Source: Thermodesulfobacteriota bacterium (GTDB lineage Bacteria > Desulfobacterota > BSN033 > UBA1163). Taken from it: 45,168 nt of DNA. The notes beneath the pieces were generated by a model, which was given only the letters and a program-made list of their open reading frames with translations, did no database searches and was not told where the DNA came from. How positions within the stretch are numbered: the first letter of the stretch is position 1; every line of letters starts with the position of its first letter. The translations under genes and the position numbers were made by a program. Shown in pieces: positions 1 through 6,961 of this stretch. The stretch covers positions 1-45,168 of the forward strand of contig JBDOIB010000407.1 of the NCBI GenBank assembly GCA_041082155.1. The letters run 5' to 3'.

Positions 1-405
1 TCCACCGGAGATATTCACTATGATCCGAGATTCTTTTTCGACAGTAAGTTTCATGTTAGCTGCTTGAACCATCAGATATTTCCCAAAATCCTTTATCTGA
101 AATAGGTTTACAGGTTCAAGGAGCGGACTGCTGACCGGAACCACCTGAAGAGGCGGAATCCCAGCGTCCTGAAGGGTTTTTGTGATTCTTAACTCTTCAA
201 TTAAAGGAAACTCAATGACCAGATCACAGCCCTTCCTGATTTCAGGCGGGGGTCCCATTACTTTAACCTCCCATCCTTTCTTCTTGAGAAGACTCTCCGC
301 TTGAATGACTTCGCTCGTGTTTTCAAAGATCAAAAACCCTCGATCCCCGTCAGTCTTCTTAATCTCCTTCTCTTTCTTCTCTTTTAAAAACTTAAATCCA
401 ACCAT
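1..405 (-). CDS. DUF3343-like putative S/Se carrier domain protein (N-terminal part only; gene runs off the window start)
   Basis: Hand translation of the minus strand from ATG at 405..403 gives MVGFKFLKEKKEKEIKKTDGDRGFLIFENTSEVIQAESLLKKKGWEVKVMGPPPEIRKGCDLVIEFPLIEEL... It stays open to base 1. It starts 4 nt after the TusA-like stop. It is absent from the ORF track because it has no stop in the window. Confidence 0.55.
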   Translation of the reverse strand, partial: MVGFKFLKEKKEKEIKKTDGDRGFLIFENTSEVIQAESLLKKKGWEVKVMGPPPEIRKGCDLVIEFPLIEELRITKTLQDAGIPPLQVVPVSSPLLEPVNLFQIKDFGKYLMVQAANMKLTVEKESRIIVNISGG

Positions 406-408
406 GGA

Positions 409-627
409 TTATTCCTTTTTTAGGATCATCCGATATCCCATTCCCTCGGGTTCGATGCTTTTCACCTCCCATCCCTGCTGGATGGCTGCTCGAGAAATGT
501 TCTCTTTCGAAGTATCTGTATCGACCAGCACGATAATCTCTCCCTTGTTTAGCTTCTTCATTTCATTGAGCGTCATCAGAACAGGTTGTGGACATGAAAG
601 GCCACGGGCATCAACAATATTACTCAT
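409..627 (-). CDS. TusA/SirA-family sulfurtransferase-like protein
   Basis: 72 aa with the N-terminal DARGLSCPQPV (CPxP) motif typical of TusA. AGGAGG-type RBS upstream. Sits immediately downstream of the YeeE gene. Confidence 0.85.
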   Translation of the reverse strand: MSNIVDARGLSCPQPVLMTLNEMKKLNKGEIIVLVDTDTSKENISRAAIQQGWEVKSIEPEGMGYRMILKKE

Positions 628-643
628 TTTAATACCTCCTTGT

Positions 644-1738
644 TTATGAAACTTCTTTTCTCATGGTGAATCCAATAAATAGACAGGTCAAAAGACCTAT
701 CACCACTGCATGGATTCCATAAGGACCAATTCCATCTGGGGTGCTTGCCAAGCCAAAATTATGTGAAAATGCTGCTCCTATGATCATCCCCAGGACAAAC
801 ACTGCCGCATCCCCATCCCCTTCACCCGCAAGAAAGAGTTGTCGTCCCGGACATCCTCCCGCGAGAGCGAAGGCCAATCCCGCCAAGACCATTCCAGCAA
901 AGTTCCACAGGCTCATCGTATGGGCGACCGGTTGTTTTTCAAAACCTGGATTAAACTGTCCTAATATCAGATTGACGATAAAGGCCACCACCACGAGAGT
1001 GATAAAACCAGAGAGAAGATGGGTCTGTCTGAATAAAACAAAGTCTCGAATGGCTCCCATGGTGCAAAACCGACTCCTCCGTGCCAGAAATCCAATCAAT
1101 AGACCCACTACTAGTGATACAAAAAGTGGAGCATGCATGGAACCCGGACCTTTGACACTGTAAAATAGAACACCACTTTTTTCCTGCCCTGGAATCTGCG
1201 GAAAAATTAACATTAGGACAAGGAATCCCAGCATAATAAGAGGGAGTAACCATCCCACCGACGTGTGAGTTTTCTGAGCACGTCCAAGGTTATACCCTCC
1301 TTTTAAAAAGAGTGTGCCAACCCATACCCCTCCAATCAATCCAAGAAGGCCAAAGATTGCATTTCCATCTCCTCCTGCAAGACGGGGTGCAGCTCGCCAA
1401 GGGCAACCCAAAAAAACCACGGCACCAATCATGGCAAAAGCACCGAGAACAAATCGAACAATTGGAGCAGAGCCAGCCCTTGGCCTAAATTCCTTGAAGA
1501 GATAGGCAGCAATAAGGGAACCCAAAACAAATCCTATGATCTCAGGCCGCATATACTGAACAACAGCCGCTCGATGAAGTCCAAGAGCACCGGCAATGTC
1601 CCTGTCGAAACAGGCTACACAAATACCCATGTTTTTGGGATTCCCCCATTTCTGTAAAAGTGGGGCTAAGATTCCAATGATCGCCCCTACAGAAATGATT
1701 CCCCAGCGTGTTGCAAAAAAATTTTTGATCCTCGCCAT
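644..1738 (-). CDS. YeeE/YedE-family membrane protein (thiosulfate/sulfur-compound uptake type)
   Basis: 364 aa polytopic protein with the repeated Cys-containing loops of the family (GICVACF, LGCPWR, RFCTMG, GGCPGR). AGGAGG RBS 6 nt before the ATG. Paired with the TusA-like gene, as in known YeeE-TusA pairs. Confidence 0.85.
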   Translation of the reverse strand: MARIKNFFATRWGIISVGAIIGILAPLLQKWGNPKNMGICVACFDRDIAGALGLHRAAVVQYMRPEIIGFVLGSLIAAYLFKEFRPRAGSAPIVRFVLGAFAMIGAVVFLGCPWRAAPRLAGGDGNAIFGLLGLIGGVWVGTLFLKGGYNLGRAQKTHTSVGWLLPLIMLGFLVLMLIFPQIPGQEKSGVLFYSVKGPGSMHAPLFVSLVVGLLIGFLARRSRFCTMGAIRDFVLFRQTHLLSGFITLVVVAFIVNLILGQFNPGFEKQPVAHTMSLWNFAGMVLAGLAFALAGGCPGRQLFLAGEGDGDAAVFVLGMIIGAAFSHNFGLASTPDGIGPYGIHAVVIGLLTCLFIGFTMRKEVS

Positions 1739-2025
1739 GAATAGAACCTCCTTTCACCTAATTGAGTTTAAATCTATATTTCTGAATAGAAGGAAGGACG
1801 AGAAAAGGAGGGAAAATTTATTTAAACTAGGAGGACTTCCAGATTAATTGAAAATTTCCTTTTCTCCCCCCCTTCTTTGGAAAATAAGGCTTATCCTAAG
1901 CCCCGAAAAGCCTCTAAAGGCTTTTCAATGAAGAGAAAAGGAAATCATCGATCCATTTTTCATAAATTCGCCTTTCCATCTGCAAAGGATAATAAGATAA
2001 TAAAAATTTATTTGTCAAATTGGAT

Positions 2026-2057
2026 TTTTCAATAAATAAATCTTTTTTTATTGAAAA
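2026..2057. promoter_or_regulatory. Perfect 11-bp inverted repeat TTTTCAATAAA-N10-TTTATTGAAAA (candidate operator)
   Basis: Read directly from the sequence. Lies in the 423-bp divergent intergenic region, about 50 bp upstream of the candidate -35 for the 2162 gene. Confidence 0.3.
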
Positions 2058-2103
2058 TTTTTATGACTCCTTGGGGGAAATGAAAATCCCTGTTAAAAAA
2101 TTC

Positions 2104-2132
2104 TTTACAAAAAAGATCGAATAGATTAAATT
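2104..2132 (+). promoter_or_regulatory. Candidate sigma70-type promoter TTTACA-17-TAAATT
   Basis: Hexamers and 17-nt spacer read by eye. About 30 nt upstream of the GGGAGG RBS and ATG at 2162. The background is AT-rich, so a chance match is plausible. Confidence 0.3.
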
Positions 2133-2161
2133 TTCTCTATCTTTAAATCGGGAGGAACAGA

Positions 2162-3622
2162 ATGGCTCTTATCTCTCCAGAGCAATATGAACACAATCTG
2201 AAGGCAAGGAAAGAAATAAACATCTATATGAATGGAAAGAAAATCAAAGATATTTTTGCAAACCCAAACACTCGAACAGTGATCGAGGCTAATAAGGCAA
2301 GCTATCAATGGGCTCTGGATCCCGAATCTCAAGACCTCATGACCGCTATCTCTCCGCTGACCCATGACCGAATCAATCGTTATCTCTATATTTGTAGAAG
2401 TCGAGAGGATCTCGTGGCAAAAGCGATGGCCGGAACCTTTGCAGCCGAGAGACTAGGAACCTGTATCTACAGATGTCCCGGCCTGGATGCCCTTCATTCT
2501 TTAGCCGCGACCACCTGGGAAATGGATCATCACCTGAAGACAGACTATCATTCTCGATTCACAAATTATCTTCGATGGCTTCATGAAAATGATCTGGTCG
2601 TGGGTGGGGCTCTAACCGAACCGAGAGGGGACCGAAAGAAACGAGCCATAGATTGGCCAGATCCCTTTCTATCCGTGAAGGTCGTGGAGAAGAAATCCGA
2701 TGGGATAGTGGTCCGAGGAGCAAAAATCAATATCAGTGGGGCCTACGCGGCTCATGAATTACTGGTCCTCCCTCAATCGGCAAAAAGAAAAGGTGAAGAA
2801 GATTATGCCATCGCTTTTGCCACCCCAACCGATGCTGAGGGACTTACTTATATCTGTCAATACTCCCCTTATTCTGCCGAAAGGGAGATGGCTGAGGAGA
2901 TTGAGGAGCTGGGCAATCCCACCTTTGGACAGCGAGAAACTTCTATGGTGATCTTCGATAATGTCTTTGTCCCGTGGGAGAGGGTCTTCCATTGTGGAGA
3001 AGTGGATTATTCCATTAAATTGGTGGAGCGGTTTGCCAAAACCCATCGGATGACCTGCGGGGGAACCTGCAAGGTTGGATTCATGAACCTTATCATCGGG
3101 GCTTGTAAACTCCTTCAGGAATATAAAGGTCTGGATAAAGCTCAACACATTCATGATGAATTAATGGAGATGGTTGTTCTCAGGGAAACAGGAAGGGCCT
3201 GTGGTCTGGCCTCGGCCAATCTTGGTCGGGAAGAACCCGAAGGCTCAGGGGTTTATCTTCCAGACGAGCTGATGGGGAATGTTTCAAAACTCAATATTTG
3301 CCAGGCTTTCTGGAGGGTGATGGCCCTTGCAGGGGATATCGGAGGGGGATTGATCGTGACCCTCCCCTCTTTAAAAGACTTAAAAAACCCCGAAACGAAG
3401 CACTATGTGGAGGAATTCTTAGGATTTGGCTCTGAGGTACCCACCGAACATATCTTAAAGGTCACTAAATTTCTTCAGCATTGGACCGCAGGCCAACATG
3501 GAGTAGGAACCTGGCATGGAGCAGGTCCCCCGATGGCTCAAAAGATCATGATTCAGAGGGTTGTAGACTATGAATATGAAAAGAATCTGGTCAAAAAAGC
3601 ACTTGGAATTTTAAAAAAATAA
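2162..3622 (+). CDS. abfD: 4-hydroxybutyryl-CoA dehydratase / vinylacetyl-CoA isomerase family protein (HpaB-fold flavoprotein with [4Fe-4S] ligands)
   Basis: 486 aa, alignable from memory along its whole length to Clostridium aminobutyricum AbfD (DGIVVRGAK, VVFDNVFVP, ERFA..HR). The cluster ligand pattern is retained: GTCIYRCPG (CxxxC) and HRMTCGGTCKVG (His plus Cys). Confidence 0.8.
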   Translation: MALISPEQYEHNLKARKEINIYMNGKKIKDIFANPNTRTVIEANKASYQWALDPESQDLMTAISPLTHDRINRYLYICRSREDLVAKAMAGTFAAERLGTCIYRCPGLDALHSLAATTWEMDHHLKTDYHSRFTNYLRWLHENDLVVGGALTEPRGDRKKRAIDWPDPFLSVKVVEKKSDGIVVRGAKINISGAYAAHELLVLPQSAKRKGEEDYAIAFATPTDAEGLTYICQYSPYSAEREMAEEIEELGNPTFGQRETSMVIFDNVFVPWERVFHCGEVDYSIKLVERFAKTHRMTCGGTCKVGFMNLIIGACKLLQEYKGLDKAQHIHDELMEMVVLRETGRACGLASANLGREEPEGSGVYLPDELMGNVSKLNICQAFWRVMALAGDIGGGLIVTLPSLKDLKNPETKHYVEEFLGFGSEVPTEHILKVTKFLQHWTAGQHGVGTWHGAGPPMAQKIMIQRVVDYEYEKNLVKKALGILKK

Positions 3623-3666
3623 TGTTATAGGATTGAAGCTTAAGAATTATAAAAAGGAGGTTGGTT

Positions 3667-3843
3667 ATGGCCGTTATCGTAGATGTTGAAAAATGCACGG
3701 GTTGTGGAACATGCGAAGAGGGTTGCCCTGTGGAGGCGATCAAGGTTGAAGATGGAAAGGCAGTGGTTGATCCAGAGACTTGCGTGGATTGTGGAACCTG
3801 TGTTGAGGAATGCCCTGAAAAAGCGATCAGTGAAGGGGCCTAA
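3667..3843 (+). CDS. 2x[4Fe-4S] ferredoxin (about 58 aa)
   Basis: Two CxxCxxCxxxCP motifs (CTGCGTCEEGCP, CVDCGTCVEECP). AGGAGG lies 7 nt before the ATG at 3667; the ORF track's TTG at 3661 is less likely. Confidence 0.85.
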   Translation: MAVIVDVEKCTGCGTCEEGCPVEAIKVEDGKAVVDPETCVDCGTCVEECPEKAISEGA

Positions 3844-3874
3844 ACAATTAGGATTTTCTAAGAGGGTAAGGATA

Positions 3875-3911
3875 ATATAAAGGGAGGGGGTTCTCTACCC
3901 TCCCTTTATAT
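3875..3911. terminator. 14-bp perfect hairpin between convergent genes (candidate bidirectional terminator)
   Basis: ATATAAAGGGAGGG-9 nt-CCCTCCCTTTATAT. Lies between the ferredoxin stop (3843) and the radical-SAM stop (3939). The U-tract is only partial. Confidence 0.55.
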
Positions 3912-3938
3912 TAAAATTCTATTGGGTGGAAGTGATAG

Positions 3939-5360
3939 TTAAGAAGCCGATTTCATCGACATTGAGAACTCAATACTGGTGGAAGAACATTGAGTTATCG
4001 AAACGGGTTGTTTGAGGTACTCCTCTCTCCAAATCCTATCGGCTAATTCTGCAAAACGAGCCGCATAAGCGTCCATCTGGTCTTTCATCGTGGTCACCAC
4101 TTCTTCTGCCCCTGGATGAGTGAAATAAGGACGGGTTTCTTCAATCACCTCTCGATATCTTTCCGGATTATCAATAATCATACAGGGTCTAAGATGATTC
4201 TCATTATGGGGCTGTCTCTTCCGAATTGCTCTAAAGAGGGGACTATTTAGGGCTTCTGCCAATGAGACATCTTTGATATTGTGCATGGCGATATGGGTAT
4301 AAACACAGGGTTCTACATCTCCATTCGCATTGATATGAAAATATCTTCTTCCCCCGGCGATACATCCTTTTACATGGGGGCCATCATTCCAGAAATCAAG
4401 AATAAAGAGAGGCTTTGTTCTTCTGAAATGGATGACCTGCCTTCTCAGATGGTCTCTCTGTTCAGGGGTGACCATCAGATTAATATCCCCCTGCCCATTC
4501 ACAGGGAGATAAAGGAAATAGTTCTGGGCAATAATCCCTTTTTCGAGAAGCATATCAATCCATTCTTCTGATGAAACGACATATACGTTATGTTTCGTGA
4601 CCGTGGCTGAGGAACCAAAAAGAACATGGGCCTCACGGAGATGATCCATCGCTTCCATGATCTTTTTAAAGACACCTGGACCTCTCCATCGATCCGTCTC
4701 CTCTTCGTATCCTTCACAACTGACCACGACCATTGCATTTCCAAGGTCCCTGAGCCTTTCCGCCTTTTCCCGGGTCATCAGAGTCCCATTGGTATAAACC
4801 TGGAAGAAGATGTTAGGGTGATCCTCGATCATCTGAAACAGATGGGGATACATGAAAGGCTCCCCTCCGAGCACGGTCACAAAGTGTAAACCCATCTCCA
4901 TACATTCCCTGAGAATTCTCCTGACTAAATCATAGGGCAACCCAGGATGTCTTTGATAGCCTAATGTGTAACATCCCAGACATCTCAAATTACATTGATA
5001 TGTAGGGCTAAGAATCATTACAAAGGGAGGGCGAAATCCATGAATCTTTTCAAACTGATCCCTTTTTTTGTTTCCCAAAAACCAGGCATTATGGAAAAGT
5101 GTATTATAAACAATCGTTCGGTTTTTTGGAGGGAGATATTCGAGAATTCCTCGAAAAAGTTTTTTGGCAGGATGTCCCGGAGTCTGAAGCATCTTCCTGA
5201 CCCCCTGGATGGCACTCAGGATCTCAGGGTCAGAGGTCAACTTTTCTGCTAAATAGGTGAGCTGAATTAAATTTTCATCAGAGATTCTTCTCAGTAACTC
5301 TACAATCATTTTCGAGATTTGCTGGCTTGTAAAATCCTTTATTTGATCTGAAAATAACAT
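3939..5360 (-). CDS. Radical SAM enzyme with long N-terminal helical extension and Twitch/partial-SPASM-like C-terminal Cys motif; function unknown
   Basis: 473 aa. The CNLRCLGCY (CxxxCxxC) motif sits about 120 aa from the N-terminus and GGEPF follows. The C-terminal CIAGGRRYFHINANGDVEPC has the C-x-G-x4-C pattern of auxiliary-cluster domains. GGAGGGGG RBS. Confidence 0.8.
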   Translation of the reverse strand: MLFSDQIKDFTSQQISKMIVELLRRISDENLIQLTYLAEKLTSDPEILSAIQGVRKMLQTPGHPAKKLFRGILEYLPPKNRTIVYNTLFHNAWFLGNKKRDQFEKIHGFRPPFVMILSPTYQCNLRCLGCYTLGYQRHPGLPYDLVRRILRECMEMGLHFVTVLGGEPFMYPHLFQMIEDHPNIFFQVYTNGTLMTREKAERLRDLGNAMVVVSCEGYEEETDRWRGPGVFKKIMEAMDHLREAHVLFGSSATVTKHNVYVVSSEEWIDMLLEKGIIAQNYFLYLPVNGQGDINLMVTPEQRDHLRRQVIHFRRTKPLFILDFWNDGPHVKGCIAGGRRYFHINANGDVEPCVYTHIAMHNIKDVSLAEALNSPLFRAIRKRQPHNENHLRPCMIIDNPERYREVIEETRPYFTHPGAEEVVTTMKDQMDAYAARFAELADRIWREEYLKQPVSITQCSSTSIEFSMSMKSAS

Positions 5361-5376
5361 GGGTCCCCCTCCTTTT

Positions 5377-5517
5377 TTAAGATTGGAAAGCGGTCCAGAA
5401 GGCCAGGATCGTTATGGCAATACCAACGACCAGTTCATTAATTAGGTTTCCATTGATGGTGAAAGAGGCAATAATCAACCAGATGCCTAAAAGCCCAATC
5501 AATAAACTTCTCCACAT
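5377..5517 (-). CDS. Small hydrophobic protein (46 aa, two predicted TM helices)
   Basis: Hand-found ORF below the track cutoff: MWRSLLIGLLGIWLIIASFTINGNLINELVVGIAITILAFWTAFQS. It stops 16 nt before the radical-SAM start and lies just downstream of the sigma54 promoter. The RBS is poor or distant. Confidence 0.4.
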   Translation of the reverse strand: MWRSLLIGLLGIWLIIASFTINGNLINELVVGIAITILAFWTAFQS

Positions 5518-5560
5518 ATTTTAAGGTCATCCCCCGTTTAAATTCTTTAGAATATTCCTC

Positions 5561-5575
5561 GCAAACAATATGCCA
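5561..5575 (-). promoter_or_regulatory. Sigma54 (-24/-12) promoter TGGCAT-N5-TTGC
   Basis: The minus strand reads TGGCATATTGTTTGC. The GG-to-GC spacing is exactly the canonical 12 nt. Sits about 45 nt upstream of the small ORF and 200 nt upstream of the radical-SAM gene. Confidence 0.55.
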
Positions 5576-5780
5576 TTTTTATCATTTATGGCGTTAAAAA
5601 TTATTAGAATTATCAATAGGTTAGACTTTGTTTGAAGAATTTTACCTGGAGGGAAAAGGGGTAAAATGCGAATACTATTATCGCAATTTTCTAAAATTAA
5701 AAATTGTATTTTAATTCAATAAATTAAATGCGATTTATTTATTCACTTCCTCTATGATTTTTTCTCAATTTTTTGGAATT

Positions 5781-6836
5781 TTATTTGGTTAGACGTTTTC
5801 TATAGAATTCCCATAGGGCTTTTGAGTGAGGATCGAGGTTGGTCAATCCATATCTTTTGGCCCACTCCATAGCTTCCATAAATTCTTCAACGGTAATTCC
5901 CCTTGCGATCTCAGGATATTCATAAGCCTTATATTCAACACGATACTGGGCCATAATATTGACGTAGGTTGATTTCGATAAATTTTCAGCAACCCATTTT
6001 ACAAATTTCTCTGTTCCAGCCACTCGGTTGGGCATCACTAAATGACGGATCAGTAATCCCCGATAGGCAATTCCTTCTTCATCAATCTTTAGGTCTCCTA
6101 CCTGACGATGCATTTCGAGAACGGCTTTCTTGGCAACCTCTGGGTAATCAGAGGCACCTGAGGAGTATTTGGCTGCTTTATCTGAATCCATATATTTCAT
6201 ATCCGGTTTGTAAATATCCACGATCCCATCCAAGATCTTCAGGATTTCCACTCGCTCATAGCCACTGGTATTATAAAAGAGAGGGAGACGAAGCCCTTTT
6301 TTTAGGGCAATTCGAGTCGCATTCAGAATGTTTGGCATCACATGGGTTGGGGTGACTAAGTTGATATTATGGCAGCCCATCTTCTGAAGAGCCAACATCA
6401 TTTCAGCTAAGTCCTCATCTCGAACCTCCTTCCCCCTTCCCTCATGGGCAATGGGCCAATTCTGGCAAAAGATACACCGAAGATTACAATTAGAAAAGAA
6501 AATGGTTCCCGATCCGTTTTTCCCTGTAATCGACATCTCTTCCCCGAAGTGGGGATGATAGCTGAAGATGACAGGATTCATGGGTGCTTGACAGAATCCC
6601 TTCTCCCCTTTTCTTCGATTGACCCCACATCGTCTCGGGCAGAGGTGGCAATTCTCAAAAAGGGCATAAGCCTGCTCAATCCTTTGAGCCAACTTCCCCT
6701 CCCTTTCTAATTTCTCATAGGCAGGAATCCACTTCTCCCTGCTTTTGGGCTTGGAAAGGAGATCCTTCGGAGTGATCAGAAGATATCCCCCGGAGAGGAG
6801 AAAGGCCTTTATAAATTCTCGACGCCCGAGATTCAT
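5781..6836 (-). CDS. PflX-type (pyruvate formate-lyase activase-like) radical SAM protein with Tat-like N-terminus
   Basis: 351 aa. CNLRCIFCQNW radical-SAM motif. The N-terminal MNLGRREFIKAFLLSGG resembles a twin-arginine signal. Confidence 0.8.
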   Translation of the reverse strand: MNLGRREFIKAFLLSGGYLLITPKDLLSKPKSREKWIPAYEKLEREGKLAQRIEQAYALFENCHLCPRRCGVNRRKGEKGFCQAPMNPVIFSYHPHFGEEMSITGKNGSGTIFFSNCNLRCIFCQNWPIAHEGRGKEVRDEDLAEMMLALQKMGCHNINLVTPTHVMPNILNATRIALKKGLRLPLFYNTSGYERVEILKILDGIVDIYKPDMKYMDSDKAAKYSSGASDYPEVAKKAVLEMHRQVGDLKIDEEGIAYRGLLIRHLVMPNRVAGTEKFVKWVAENLSKSTYVNIMAQYRVEYKAYEYPEIARGITVEEFMEAMEWAKRYGLTNLDPHSKALWEFYRKRLTK

Positions 6837-6917
6837 GATATAAAATTATACCTAATTTTTAAGAATAAAAGAAGGTTTATTCTTTCCTCTCTCCAGGAAT
6901 TGTTCTCTTAATAGGAG

Positions 6918-6946
6918 TTGACTCCTAAGGGCTTTCCATTGATAAT
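6918..6946 (+). promoter_or_regulatory. Candidate sigma70 promoter TTGACT-17-GATAAT
   Basis: Near-consensus hexamers with a 17-nt spacer. The -35 is embedded in the palindrome AGGAGTTGACTCCT. It lies very close to the TTG start at 6962, so the leader would be only about 8-10 nt. Confidence 0.4.
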
Positions 6947-6961
6947 ATAATCAGGGAGTTT

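Noticed and set aside
3683-3880. 65-aa plus-strand ORF overlapping the ferredoxin in another frame
   Set aside because: The ferredoxin frame has two textbook 4Fe-4S motifs and a good RBS. The alternative frame has neither.
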